Positions 48,760 through 58,959 are shown, counted from the stretch's first letter. The stretch is 64,000 nucleotides of DNA from Vicinamibacteria bacterium (GCA_964291235.2 OZ219816.1:96001-160000), one strand, 5' to 3'. The notes: generated by a model from the sequence alone, not told the origin. A program made the numbers and translations.

Positions 48760-50600
48760 CGCTTCCACACGTCTCCGATCTTGACGGACACCTCACCCGA
48801 CTCGCCGTGGCGGGTGTAGCCCTCCTCGGCGGCCTTGAGCGAGAGTCCCACTTTGCGATCGTCACGGCTGAGCCGCACGATCCTCAACTTGAGCGGCTGC
48901 CCCAGGTGCAGCCGGTCCTCCGCCTTGGAGGGCGGCGGCTCGTCAATGTCGTTCAGGCGCAAGAGGCCTTCGATCCCTTCCTCGATCTGGACGAAAGCGC
49001 CGAAGTCCGCAAAGCGGATCACGGTCCCGTCCACCAAATCGCCTTCCTGATGCCGGGTGAAGAAACCTTCCCAGGCATCGTCCGAGAGCTGTTTGAGTCC
49101 GAGCGAGAGGCGCCGGTTCTCCGGATCGATGCTGAGCACCACCGTCTCCACCGAGTCCCCGACCTTGAGGACTTCGGAAGGATGGTTCACCCGCTTGTTC
49201 CAACTGAGGTCGGAGATGTGAATCAGGCCGTCGATCGAGTTGTCCACCTCGATGAAAGCGCCGAAATCGGTGAACTTCCGGACGGTGCCGGTGAGCCTCG
49301 AACCGATCGGATACTGCTCGGCCAGCCGTGGCCACGGATTGGGTTCCACCTGCTTCAAACCAAGGCTGATCCGCCGGGCCTTGAAGTCCACGCGGAGAAC
49401 CATGGCTTCCACGAAGTCACCCTTCGAGAGCAGTTTGGAAGGGTGCTTGGTGCGGCTGCTCCAACTCATCTCACTCACGTGGATGAGCCCCTCCACTCCG
49501 GGCTCCATCTCGATGAAGGCGCCGTAGTCGGTAAGGCTGACCACCTTCCCGCGGACCCGAGTTCCCGCCGAATAGCGCTCGTGGGCCGTTGTCCACGGAT
49601 CCACGTTGAGCTGCTTGTAACCGAGAGAGACGCGCTCCGCTTCGGCATCGAACCGGAGGATGACCACTTCGATCTGGTCACTCACCTTCATGAGTTCCGA
49701 AGGGTGCTCGAGCCGGCGGAAGGACATCTCCCGGATATGCAGAAGGCCGCAAATCCCGCCGATGTCCACGAACGCTCCGTATTCGGTGAGATCGCGCACC
49801 TCGCCCCGGAACACGCGCCCGACTTCGAGGGCCGCGAGGGTCTTCGTCTTCTCTTCTTCGAGGACGACCCGCCGCGAGAGAACGATGTTGCCCCGGCGCT
49901 TGTTCAGCTTGATGACCCGCAGCTCGAGCTCGCGGCCCTTGTAGCTGCCGAGGTTGCGCACCGGACGAAGGTCCACCTGGGAGCCGGGAAGGAAGCCCCG
50001 CACCCCGATTTCCCCGATGTCCACCTCGAGTCCGCCGCGAATCCGGTCCACGACGCGTCCCCGGACCGGGGTCTGTTTCTCGAACGCGTCCTCGATCTGG
50101 TTCCAGACCTTCATCTTCTCGGCTTTGCGATGCGAAAGCACGAGATGGCCGCGGCGGTTGTCGGCGCGCTGGACGAGAACGTCGATCTCGTCCCCATCGC
50201 GAACCCGGACGTTTCCGTCGACATCCTTGAATTCGTCGACCGGGATGATCCCCTCGGACTTGTACCCGACATCCACGATCACGTCGGAGTCCGTCATGTG
50301 GAGGACAGTTCCGGTGACGATGTCTCCCTCCACCAGGTGGGTTTCATACTGGTCCAGGAAGGCTTCGAATTCCGCAGCCTCCTCCGCCGAGACCGCCGAC
50401 GCGCCGCCATCCGGGGATGGGGCGGATCCGTTACCCGTCGAGTTCGTGGGTTCCGCACCCTCGGTGACCGCCTCCGGCCCCGCGGCCGCCTCTTCAGCGG
50501 GGGGTTCCGGGGTTTCCCCGGCAATGGCAGCCGGGATCTCCTCCACCGCTACCTCGCTACCGACCGCCACTGCGGCCGCTCCCTCATCCGTTTCGGGCAT
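48756..50600 (-). CDS. rpsA: 30S ribosomal protein S1
   Basis: Six S1 repeats (DVGYKSEG, FLPGSQ, YGAFVD, GLIHVSEMSW); acidic N-terminal extension. Confidence 0.96.
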   Translation of the reverse strand: MPETDEGAAAVAVGSEVAVEEIPAAIAGETPEPPAEEAAAGPEAVTEGAEPTNSTGNGSAPSPDGGASAVSAEEAAEFEAFLDQYETHLVEGDIVTGTVLHMTDSDVIVDVGYKSEGIIPVDEFKDVDGNVRVRDGDEIDVLVQRADNRRGHLVLSHRKAEKMKVWNQIEDAFEKQTPVRGRVVDRIRGGLEVDIGEIGVRGFLPGSQVDLRPVRNLGSYKGRELELRVIKLNKRRGNIVLSRRVVLEEEKTKTLAALEVGRVFRGEVRDLTEYGAFVDIGGICGLLHIREMSFRRLEHPSELMKVSDQIEVVILRFDAEAERVSLGYKQLNVDPWTTAHERYSAGTRVRGKVVSLTDYGAFIEMEPGVEGLIHVSEMSWSSRTKHPSKLLSKGDFVEAMVLRVDFKARRISLGLKQVEPNPWPRLAEQYPIGSRLTGTVRKFTDFGAFIEVDNSIDGLIHISDLSWNKRVNHPSEVLKVGDSVETVVLSIDPENRRLSLGLKQLSDDAWEGFFTRHQEGDLVDGTVIRFADFGAFVQIEEGIEGLLRLNDIDEPPPSKAEDRLHLGQPLKLRIVRLSRDDRKVGLSLKAAEEGYTRHGESGEVSVKIGDVWKR

Positions 50601-50760
50601 ACCCTCTCTCATTAAGCAGAAAAACCTCTTTGGTTGAGCGGGGGAGTTCGGACGCACGGGGAAAGTCACCCGTTCCGAAGACCCCTCTTACCCCGCCCGA
50701 CACTCTCCATGAACCGTCAAGGCCCGGCGGCGAACGCCGTGGTGACGCGGGGAATCGCCC

Positions 50761-50790
50761 ATACTAGGCGCGCACACGGCCGGTTGTCAA
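50761..50790 (-). promoter_or_regulatory. Sigma-70 promoter for rpsA-ihfB
   Basis: Minus strand TTGACA-N18-TAGTAT. Confidence 0.65.
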
Positions 50791-50951
50791 CGCGGAACGC
50801 TTGCCCGGCGCAGCCTGGCGTCCGGCCGCCCGAAGCGGGCGGGGGGCCGGCGCCGTCTCGGTCGCCTTCCCGCTCGCCCGCCGTCGGGAGGCGCCGGCAG
50901 GCATCCCGCCTGGGCGCCAAAAAGGTCCACCGGAGCCCGGCAGCCGCCGGG

Positions 50952-50960
50952 TGATAGAAT
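50952..50960 (+). promoter_or_regulatory. Possible extended -10 promoter of the oxidoreductase operon
   Basis: TGA-TAGAAT (TGn + -10) about 130 bp upstream of the ATG at 51088. Confidence 0.4.
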
Positions 50961-51087
50961 TTTCCGGCTTACTTCGCGTCGCCCGCTCGCTCTTGGGAAA
51001 AACCGGACACCGCTGGGACCGGGCGCGTCCGGTAAGAAAACTCCGTCAGCGGCTCATCAGCAACCACCAAAGGTCACGCATTCGCAC

Positions 51088-52875
51088 ATGTCACAAGGCT
51101 TCGATTTCTCTATCGCCATTGGGGGTGCTGCCGGGCAAGGAATTGCCACGCCCGGCAACATCCTTGCCCGGATGTTCGTTCGCCGGGGACTCCACCTCAA
51201 CGCCTACAACGCATATCAGTCGATCATTCGGGGCGGACACATTCTCCTGACCATGCGGGTCAAGGAAGAAGAGGCCCTGTCCCATGGTGACGGGATCGAC
51301 CTGCTGCTGTGTCTGAACCAGGACACCATGACGCGTCACCTGCGCCATCTGGGCCCGGGCGGCTACGCGGTGTACAACGCCGACACCATCACCCCCGGAG
51401 AGCACCAGGAGGGTGTTCATCTGTGCGGGATGCCGGTGACCGAACTCACCGGCGACGCCAAGAACAAGCTGGCGCAGAACACCGCCGCGCTCGGCGTGAT
51501 GGCCCACGTACTGGGGCTCGATTTCGAGGTCCTCGAGGCCGCACTCACCCTCCAGTTCCAGAGAAAGGGAGAGGCGGTGGTTTCGTCCAACGTCGCGGTG
51601 GCCCGCGCCGGCTACGAGTACGCAAGCGCCAAGTTCACCCCGCTCACGAATCCGCTGCCGACCAACCCGGATCCGCTCGCCGTATGGACCGGGAACGACG
51701 CCCTGGCGATGGGAGGAGCGGCGGCCGGCGTCAAGTTCTACTGCGCCTATCCCATGAGCCCCTCGACCGGAGTGCTCCACTGGATGGCGAAGAACGCCCG
51801 GGAACTCGGCATCATGGTGCGCCAGGTCGAGGACGAGATCGGAGTCGCCAACATGGCTGTTGGAGCGGCCCACACCGGCGCCCGCACCATGTGCGCCACT
51901 TCGGGCGGCGGTTTCGCCCTCATGACCGAGGCCATCGGATCGGCCGCGATGATGGAGATCCCGGTCGTTTTCATCAACGTGATGCGCGCCGGGCCTTCGA
52001 CGGGAGTGCCCACCAAGACCGAGCAGGGTGATCTCTGGCAGGCGCTCGGAGCCAGCCAGGGCGACTTCGAGCGCATCGTGGTGGCCCCCCAGAGTGCGAC
52101 CGACGCGTTCAGCACCATGGCGGAGGTCTTCAACCTGGTGGATCGCTACCAGTGCCCGGCCATCGTCCTGTCCGATCTGCTCATTTCGGAGGGAACCTTC
52201 AGCGTTCCGCCAAAGGACATCGACATGTTCCCGCCCATCGAACGCGGGAAACTGATCCGGGAAGCGAACGGAGACGGCGGAGCCTACAACCGCTACCTCG
52301 ACACCAGCGACGGCATCTCGCCGCGGGCGGTCCCGGGGGTTCCCGGCCACGTCCACGTGGTCGCCACCGACGAGCACGACGAGGAAGGAATCCTCATTTC
52401 GGACGAGTTCACGAACCCGATCAAGCGCCGCCAGATGGTCGAAAAGCGCGCGCGGAAGCTGGACGACTACTTCTCCCGCGTTTCCGCCCCCGAAATCGAA
52501 GGGGACGAGGGCGCCGAGGTCACCCTGGTGGGCTGGGGTTCGACGGCGGGAGTCATCGCTGAGGCGATGGACCAGCTCCGGGCCGACGGAGTCAAGGTCG
52601 ACCAGTTGGCCGTGAAGTGGATCGTCCCGTTCCACGCCGACGCCGTCTCGGAGGCGCTTTCCGGAGCCCGGAAGACCCTCATCATCGAGAACAACTACTC
52701 GGGGCAATTCGCCCGGTTCCTCCGGGGCGAGACGGGCGTTACCGCCGACGGACATATCCGCAAGTACGACGGCGAACCGTTCATGCCCCACCACATCGCC
52801 GACGGAGTACGGGCGCACCTCGCGGGCACCGTTCCCTCAGGCGTGTTCGTACCGGACCAGGAAATCCTCGTCTAG
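51088..52875 (+). CDS. 2-oxoacid:ferredoxin oxidoreductase alpha (gamma-alpha fusion) subunit
   Basis: GGAAGQG, IRGG, AYPMSP, EDE, TSGGGFALM and GPSTG.PT. Confidence 0.93.
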   Translation: MSQGFDFSIAIGGAAGQGIATPGNILARMFVRRGLHLNAYNAYQSIIRGGHILLTMRVKEEEALSHGDGIDLLLCLNQDTMTRHLRHLGPGGYAVYNADTITPGEHQEGVHLCGMPVTELTGDAKNKLAQNTAALGVMAHVLGLDFEVLEAALTLQFQRKGEAVVSSNVAVARAGYEYASAKFTPLTNPLPTNPDPLAVWTGNDALAMGGAAAGVKFYCAYPMSPSTGVLHWMAKNARELGIMVRQVEDEIGVANMAVGAAHTGARTMCATSGGGFALMTEAIGSAAMMEIPVVFINVMRAGPSTGVPTKTEQGDLWQALGASQGDFERIVVAPQSATDAFSTMAEVFNLVDRYQCPAIVLSDLLISEGTFSVPPKDIDMFPPIERGKLIREANGDGGAYNRYLDTSDGISPRAVPGVPGHVHVVATDEHDEEGILISDEFTNPIKRRQMVEKRARKLDDYFSRVSAPEIEGDEGAEVTLVGWGSTAGVIAEAMDQLRADGVKVDQLAVKWIVPFHADAVSEALSGARKTLIIENNYSGQFARFLRGETGVTADGHIRKYDGEPFMPHHIADGVRAHLAGTVPSGVFVPDQEILV

Positions 52876-52917
52876 CCGCCGTCACCCCGCCATCCGGAGA
52901 CACATACAGGAGACTCA

Positions 52918-53814
52918 ATGACTATCGAGCTCAGGGAAAAGCCGCTCACCGCCAAGGACTTCAAGGGAAAGGTCGACCCGGACTGGTGTCCAGGCTGCGG
53001 CGACTTCGCGCTGCTGCGCGCCACGCAGATGTCGGTGGCCGAACTAGGCCTCGCTCCGCACGAGATCGTGTGCGTGAGCGGCATCGGTTGTTCCTCGAAC
53101 TTCCCCGGGTACTTCAATTCGTACGGTATGCACACCCTGCACGGGCGGTCGCTGGCGGTGGCGACCGGCGTGAAGATGGCCAACCAGACCCTGACCGTGA
53201 TGGTCACCGGCGGCGACGGGGACGGTTACGGGATTGGCGGCAACCACTTCACCCACACCGCCCGGCGCAACGTGGACCTGACGTATCTGGTGATGAACAA
53301 CCAGATTTACGGGCTCACCACCGGGCAGGTCTCGCCGAGCAGCGCCGTCGGGATGAAGACCAAGAGCACGCCGTTCGGAAATATCGAGCGGCCGGTGAAC
53401 CCGCTCACCTCGGCGATCATGAACGGCGCCACCTACGTGGCGCGGGGCTTCTCGGGCAACATCAAGCAGCTCGTCCGGCTCATCAAGGGCGCCATCGAGC
53501 ACCGCGGGTTCGCGGTCATTGACGTCTTCAGCCCCTGCGTGACGTTCAACCGCGACAACACCTACGACTTCTTCCGCCAGCGCGTCTCCCCGCTTGAGAA
53601 CGAAGACCACGATCCGTCCGACTGGAAGTCTGCCTGCGAGCGGGCGTTGGAATGGGGCGACACGATCTACACCGGGCTCTTCTATCAGGACCAGGGCGTC
53701 GAGCCGCTCCACGCGCTGGAGCCGATTCTCGAGGGCGGGGCTCCCCCGGTGTCCCACGTTCCCGAGGCGGTCACCCAGGAACAGAGCGACCGCATCATCC
53801 GGCGGATGATGTAG
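52918..53814 (+). CDS. 2-oxoacid:ferredoxin oxidoreductase beta subunit
   Basis: WCPGCGD, SGIGCS, TPP motif GDGD...NN.IYGLT.GQ and SPCVTFN. Confidence 0.94.
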   Translation: MTIELREKPLTAKDFKGKVDPDWCPGCGDFALLRATQMSVAELGLAPHEIVCVSGIGCSSNFPGYFNSYGMHTLHGRSLAVATGVKMANQTLTVMVTGGDGDGYGIGGNHFTHTARRNVDLTYLVMNNQIYGLTTGQVSPSSAVGMKTKSTPFGNIERPVNPLTSAIMNGATYVARGFSGNIKQLVRLIKGAIEHRGFAVIDVFSPCVTFNRDNTYDFFRQRVSPLENEDHDPSDWKSACERALEWGDTIYTGLFYQDQGVEPLHALEPILEGGAPPVSHVPEAVTQEQSDRIIRRMM

Positions 53815-53844
53815 GCCCGACGCCCGAGGGCGCCGCCGGTTCTC

Positions 53845-54807
53845 ATGGCACGTGTCCGCGCCTTCGGCTCCCGGCTTCTCGGCGCTATAGGCCGGGGCGA
53901 AGCGGCGCTTGGAGTCGTCGTTCTTCTCTGGGCGACGAGCCTGAGCATTGTCAAGTACGGGGTGGGGATGGGAGATCCCTACGCTTTCAACCTCGCGCGC
54001 CTGCTGCCGGCCACCCTGATCCTCCTCTGCGCGGTAACCCGGACCCCGGCTCTCAGGAAATTCGAGTGGCGCGACGCCGGGTCGGTATTCGTCCTCGGCG
54101 TCGCCGGGCACGTGATCTTCCAGGTCGGATTCATCCACGGCACGCATGCCTCCTCGGCGACCAGTTCGGCCCTCATCCTGGCGCTCACCCCGGTAGCCAT
54201 CGCGGTCCTCGCCTGGGTGACGCGGGTGGAACCCTTCTGCCAGCACACGGCAGTCGGGCTCACGCTCGCCATGGCCGGGATCGTCCTCGTCTCCGGTGCG
54301 GAACTCAACCTGACCGCCCACCTCGGCAACCTCGCCCTCTTCGCCGCCATGCTCGGCTGGGCGGTGTACACGGTCCGGGGAGCATCTCTGGTTCGCAAGT
54401 ACGGCGCTTTGCGGGTCACCGCCTGGAGTTCGGCGGTCGCCTCGGTCCTGCTCCTGCTGCCCAGCCCCTTCCTGCTCACTCTCGCCGACTTTCGGCTTGC
54501 CCCCGCGGCGTGGTGGGTTGCCGCTCTCGTTTCCGGGATCGCCGCCATTGCTCTAGGCAACCTGCTCTGGGTGTACGCGACGGCTCGGGTAGGGCCGACG
54601 CTCACCGGCGTCTATTCGAATGTCCTCCCCATTCCGTCGATTCTGATCTCGTGGCTGTGGCTTGGAGAAACGCTCGCGGCGGCCAAGATCGCCGGGGCGG
54701 GGCTGATCATCGCGGGTATTGCGGTCGCGCGCATTCACCGGGCGTGGGGAAGCCACAGCCTGCGGAGGAGGTCGCGCGGCGTTCGAACGGCCGTGCATCC
54801 CGGCTGA
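53845..54807 (+). CDS. DMT/EamA family transporter
   Basis: About 10 TM segments in two EamA repeats; WLGE near the C-terminus. Confidence 0.85.
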   Translation: MARVRAFGSRLLGAIGRGEAALGVVVLLWATSLSIVKYGVGMGDPYAFNLARLLPATLILLCAVTRTPALRKFEWRDAGSVFVLGVAGHVIFQVGFIHGTHASSATSSALILALTPVAIAVLAWVTRVEPFCQHTAVGLTLAMAGIVLVSGAELNLTAHLGNLALFAAMLGWAVYTVRGASLVRKYGALRVTAWSSAVASVLLLLPSPFLLTLADFRLAPAAWWVAALVSGIAAIALGNLLWVYATARVGPTLTGVYSNVLPIPSILISWLWLGETLAAAKIAGAGLIIAGIAVARIHRAWGSHSLRRRSRGVRTAVHPG

Positions 54808-54887
54808 AACGCGCCGCCACGCGGCGCTCATCGGTGCGTTGCGGTCGGAATGCGCACGGTATTCCTCCCTTGCGCGCTTCGTCAGCC

Positions 54888-54920
54888 TCAGCCGAACCCC
54901 CACCGGGAGAACTGAGCCTC
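54888..54920. repeat. Dispersed 33-bp repeat copy
   Basis: TCAGCCGAACCCCCACCGGGAGAACTGAGCCTC is 31/33 identical to the reverse complement of 63345-63377. Confidence 0.85.
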
Positions 54921-55053
54921 CGCGTTCTCCAGGCTCGCGTGATCTTCTCCGGAGACTGTAAAGTTCCCGGTCGAGTAACTGCCTGACGGCACGGCTGACG
55001 ACCGGACTCGGCCCACAATCACGACGGACGGAGAGCCCGTTCAGGAGAACGTC

Positions 55054-55932
55054 ATGAGCACGGAATTCCGACTGAAGACAGGTCTCGCCGACATGCTGAA
55101 GGGCGGCGCGATCATGGACGTGACCAACGCCGAACAGGCGCGTATCGCAGAGGACGCGGGCGCGGTCAGCGTGATGGCTCTCGAGCGGGTACCCGCCGAT
55201 ATCCGTCGGGACGGTGGTGTGGCCCGGATGTCCTCCCCCGAGAAGATCCGCGAGATCATCGAAACGGTGAGCATCCCGGTCATGGCCAAGGTGCGTATCG
55301 GCCATTTCGTCGAGGCGCAGATTCTTCAGGAGATGGGGGTGGACTTCGTCGATGAGAGCGAGGTCCTGACACCGGCCGACGAAGAAAACCACATCGACAA
55401 GCACGCCTTCGAAGTTCCGTTCGTTTGCGGCTGCCGCAACCTGGGCGAGGCGCTTCGCCGAATCGGCGAGGGCGCGGCGCTGATTCGCACCAAGGGGGAG
55501 GCCGGCTCGGGCAACATCGTGGAAGCGGTACGCCACCTGCGCCAGATCGGGAACGAACTCCGCCGCCTCACCATCCTCACCGATGACGAGCTGATGTCCG
55601 CCGCCAAGGAACTCCGCGCTCCCTACGAACTGGTGCGGGTGGTGGCGCGCGACGGCCGCCTGCCGGTGCCGAACTTCGCGGCGGGAGGGGTGGCGACCCC
55701 GGCCGACGCGGCGCTTTGCATGCAGCTCGGAGCGGAGTCCGTCTTCGTCGGGTCCGGAATCTTCAAGTCGAACGATCCGGAGAAGCGGGCCAAGGCCATC
55801 GTGAAGGCGGTGACCCACTATCGCGACCCGGCCATGCTCGTTGAGGTCTCGATGGGCCTCGGCGAACCGATGCGCGGCCTCGAGATCGCCTCGATTCCCG
55901 AGGCAGAGTTGCTGCAGACCCGCGGCAACTGA
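55054..55932 (+). CDS. pdxS: Pyridoxal 5'-phosphate synthase lyase subunit
   Basis: [28 protein letters not shown] and [10 protein letters not shown]. Confidence 0.97.
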   Translation: MSTEFRLKTGLADMLKGGAIMDVTNAEQARIAEDAGAVSVMALERVPADIRRDGGVARMSSPEKIREIIETVSIPVMAKVRIGHFVEAQILQEMGVDFVDESEVLTPADEENHIDKHAFEVPFVCGCRNLGEALRRIGEGAALIRTKGEAGSGNIVEAVRHLRQIGNELRRLTILTDDELMSAAKELRAPYELVRVVARDGRLPVPNFAAGGVATPADAALCMQLGAESVFVGSGIFKSNDPEKRAKAIVKAVTHYRDPAMLVEVSMGLGEPMRGLEIASIPEAELLQTRGN

Positions 55933-56082
55933 TTCGCCCCGGGTCGGAAGGGTCCCGGGGTGGATGGGTGCCGGTCTGGATGAACCACGGCCGATCGCTA
56001 CCGGGTGGCGCGTGCCTCCCTCCGCGGTGCAGCCGCGAACGCGTGATACAGGGCGATTCGCGCGAGCCAACGGGGTGACCGA

Positions 56083-56757
56083 GTGACACAAGAAGCGGCT
56101 GCGCCGCCGGAGCGGACGGAGTCCGTTCCGACCGCGCCGCCGCGCATCGGCGTCCTGGCGCTCCAGGGGAGCTTCGCCCTCCACGCGGCGCACCTCCGGC
56201 GCCTCGGAGTGGAAGCGGTGGAGGTCCGCCGGGCACCCGCCCTCGCCGGGCTCGATGGCCTCATCATCCCGGGCGGCGAAAGCTCGACGATGCTGAAGTT
56301 CCTCCTCGAGGAAGGCCTCTTCGAGCCCGTCCGAGCCTTCCAGCGAGAGGGAGGCGCGCTCTACGGAACGTGCGCCGGCGCCATCTTGCTGGCCCGCGCC
56401 GTCGAGAATCCGCCACAGGAATCGCTGGCGCTGCTCGACATCGAGATCCAGCGGAACGGCTACGGCCGCCAATTGGAGAGCCACCTCGGCGCCTGCGCCT
56501 GCCCGGAACTGGGTGAGCCGGACCTGCCGGTGGTGATGATCCGAGCGCCGATCATCAGCGGCGCCGGGCCGAACGTGCAGGTACTCGCCGAGTGGCGCGG
56601 CCAGCCGGCGTTTGTCCGCGAGGGTCGCGTCCTGGCCACCACCTTTCATCCGGAACTGACAGCCGATACGCGAATCCATACCTATTTTGTGGAAGTTGCC
56701 GGAGAGGCTCAGAGATTCCGGAAGCGAGGAACATTGGGCGGAACCATTTCCCGCTGA
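56083..56757 (+). CDS. pdxT: PLP synthase glutaminase subunit
   Basis: GVLALQG, PGGESST, GTCAG and FHPE. Confidence 0.95.
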   Translation: MTQEAAAPPERTESVPTAPPRIGVLALQGSFALHAAHLRRLGVEAVEVRRAPALAGLDGLIIPGGESSTMLKFLLEEGLFEPVRAFQREGGALYGTCAGAILLARAVENPPQESLALLDIEIQRNGYGRQLESHLGACACPELGEPDLPVVMIRAPIISGAGPNVQVLAEWRGQPAFVREGRVLATTFHPELTADTRIHTYFVEVAGEAQRFRKRGTLGGTISR

Positions 56758-56852
56758 GAGCGTTTTGTTGTTCGGAACCTTTTTCGGGTTTCGGGCTTCA
56801 AGCAGGCGAGGGAATCGTGGAGGGAGGAGGCCCGGGTTCTCCCCGTGTACCC

Positions 56853-58289
56853 ATGTCCCTCGCCGCACCCACCCTGGTCACCCAAGCGGCGGTGGAGACC
56901 GCCGACCGGGTCGCGGTGGTGGTAGGGAACAGCCCGCCGGCTGACGACGCGGTCCAGTTTCTCAAGGAGGAGTCATGGCGGGTGGAGAGGCTGCCCTCCG
57001 TCCTTGAAGAGACGGCGGAAAGGCTGCTGCGCGCCGCCTCGGTGGTCATCGTGGACGCGACCGTCGCCGCGGACACGATTCCGAGAGCGCTCGAGTACCT
57101 GCACCGGATCTGTCCCGAGGCTGCCAGCGTTCTGCTCGCCGGAGCGGACGCGCCGCGGCCGGATTTCGCCGGACTCGGGCCCGGGCGCCCGCGACTGGTC
57201 TCCGCTCCGGTCAGCCGAGAGTCGCTGCTGACGGCGCTGGAAGCGGAAATCGGGTATCGGAATCTGCTGCGGGAAAACCGCATTCTCCGCGACGAACTCC
57301 ATACGGCGACCCGACTCGAGGACTGGATCGGCTGTTCGGGCGAGGCCGCTGAAATCCGCAGCGCCATCACCACCACCGCGTTCTCCGACGGTCCGGTGCT
57401 GATCGTCGGCGAGCCGGGCAGTGGCCGGCGCCTGGCGGCGGAGCTCGTCCACCGGCTCGGCCGACAGTCCTCGTTGCCGTTCCTACCGTTGCAGGCCGCG
57501 AGCCTGCCGGCGGGAGGGCTCGCCACGATTCTCTCCAGGCTGCGGCGTGGCGATGCGGGGTTCGGGCCGGAAATGCTCCGCACCCGGCGGGAAAGTCTCT
57601 ACCGGCCGGGAAGCCTCTATCTCAGCGGCGTGGAACAGCTCCGTCCCGGAGATCAGGCCACTCTCGACGACGCGGTTCGTCGTCCGCCGCCGTTCCGGCT
57701 CATCGTCTCCGCCGCTCCTGACCTTCGGACCCGCGTGCGTTCCGGCGTCTTCCCGCGCACCCTCTTCAAGCGGCTGGAGAGTTCCGCCATCCGGATTCCG
57801 CCGCTTCGCGAGCGTCGGGAAGACATCCCCGCCCTCCTCCTGCACTTCCTGAAACGGGCGTGCGAGAGTGCGGGGGAACCCGCCTTCGGGGTCTCGGGCA
57901 CCACGGTCGAGGCCTACGGCAGCTACCACTGGCCCGGAAACACGGCCGAGCTGCGCACGTCGGTGGAACGGGCGGTCGCCACCGCCCAGGTTTCCCGGTT
58001 TTCCGGCAAGGTCCTGCCGGAGACGCTCTGCTCCCCACCGGACGGGGGAACGCCGCGCGCGAGGAACGTGGATTCGCGTCCCTTGAAGGAAGTGATTGCC
58101 GAAGTCGAGAGGACACTCATCGAACGCGCCCTCCGGCAGACCCGGGGAAACCAGAAACGCGCCGCTCACGCCCTCCAGATGAACCCGACGACGCTCCACG
58201 AGAAAATGAAGCGACACGGCCTTCTCAAGCGGTCCTCAAGGGATTCCGAACAACCGGATTCCCCCGGGCGCCGCGAAAAAAGCGCCTGA
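56853..58289 (+). CDS. Degenerate NtrC/Fis-family regulator (receiver-like + AAA-like + Fis HTH)
   Basis: IPPLRERREDIP, WPGN..EL and a C-terminal Fis HTH are present, but Walker A reads GEPGSGRR, GAFTGA is absent and Walker B reads LYLSGVE. Confidence 0.8.
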   Translation: MSLAAPTLVTQAAVETADRVAVVVGNSPPADDAVQFLKEESWRVERLPSVLEETAERLLRAASVVIVDATVAADTIPRALEYLHRICPEAASVLLAGADAPRPDFAGLGPGRPRLVSAPVSRESLLTALEAEIGYRNLLRENRILRDELHTATRLEDWIGCSGEAAEIRSAITTTAFSDGPVLIVGEPGSGRRLAAELVHRLGRQSSLPFLPLQAASLPAGGLATILSRLRRGDAGFGPEMLRTRRESLYRPGSLYLSGVEQLRPGDQATLDDAVRRPPPFRLIVSAAPDLRTRVRSGVFPRTLFKRLESSAIRIPPLRERREDIPALLLHFLKRACESAGEPAFGVSGTTVEAYGSYHWPGNTAELRTSVERAVATAQVSRFSGKVLPETLCSPPDGGTPRARNVDSRPLKEVIAEVERTLIERALRQTRGNQKRAAHALQMNPTTLHEKMKRHGLLKRSSRDSEQPDSPGRREKSA

Positions 58290-58340
58290 CCCGCGCCCGG
58301 CGAACCGGTTCTCCCGCGGCGCGCGGCACGCCGAAGGTAC

Positions 58341-58378
58341 AAAGAAAGCGCCCCGGGTCTTTCGACCGGGGCGCTTTC
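58341..58378 (-). terminator. Intrinsic terminator downstream of pal (possibly bidirectional)
   Basis: GAAAGCGCCCCGG...CCGGGGCGCTTTC stem with T-rich tail on the minus strand, between convergent genes. Confidence 0.75.
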
Positions 58379-58392
58379 CGGGACGGAAACGG

Positions 58393-58959
58393 CTACTTGG
58401 TGGTGATCTTGAAGTGAGCGCGACGGTTCTGCTGCCAGCAGTCCTCGGTGCTCTCGGTGCACTGCGGGCGCTCCTTCCCGTAGCTCACCATCTCGATCCG
58501 GCTGTCCGGAACGCCAAGCGACACGAGGTAGTCGTAGGCCGCGCGAGCGCGCCGCTCACCGAGCGCCTGGTTGTATTCCACGGTGCCGCGCTCGTCGCAG
58601 TGTCCTTCGATCTGGATCATCGCCGAGACGTAGGACCGCTGCAGCCACGCTGAGTTCGCCTGCAGCGCACTTCTCGCAGCGTCCGTCAACTCGGACTCGT
58701 CATAGGCGAAGTGGACATCCGACAGGTTCTGCTGGAGCTCCATCATGTCGGTGTCCATGTAGATGTCGCGCTCCGTCGGCGGTGGCGGCGGCGGTGGCGG
58801 CGGCGGCGGCGGCGGTGGCGGCGGTGGTGGCGGCGGCGGCGGCGGCTCCTCAGGTGGCGGCGGCGGCGGCGGCGGCGCCTTGGAGCACGCGGATACGGCA
58901 AACCCGAGAGCGACCGTCGCGAGAGAGAGCAACAGCAGGGTGGCGATGGCTTTTCTCAC
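58393..58959 (-). CDS. pal: Peptidoglycan-associated lipoprotein with polyproline linker
   Basis: GTG start with GGAGG RBS; lipobox VSAC; OmpA-C motifs IEGHCDERGT.EYN.ALGERRA, SYGKERP and NRR. Confidence 0.9.
   Translation of the reverse strand: MRKAIATLLLLSLATVALGFAVSACSKAPPPPPPPPEEPPPPPPPPPPPPPPPPPPPPPPPTERDIYMDTDMMELQQNLSDVHFAYDESELTDAARSALQANSAWLQRSYVSAMIQIEGHCDERGTVEYNQALGERRARAAYDYLVSLGVPDSRIEMVSYGKERPQCTESTEDCWQQNRRAHFKITTK
58777..58875. repeat. CCG/CCA-rich trinucleotide repeat encoding P8-EE-P23
   Basis: (cgg/tgg)n run on the + strand within pal. Confidence 0.9.
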
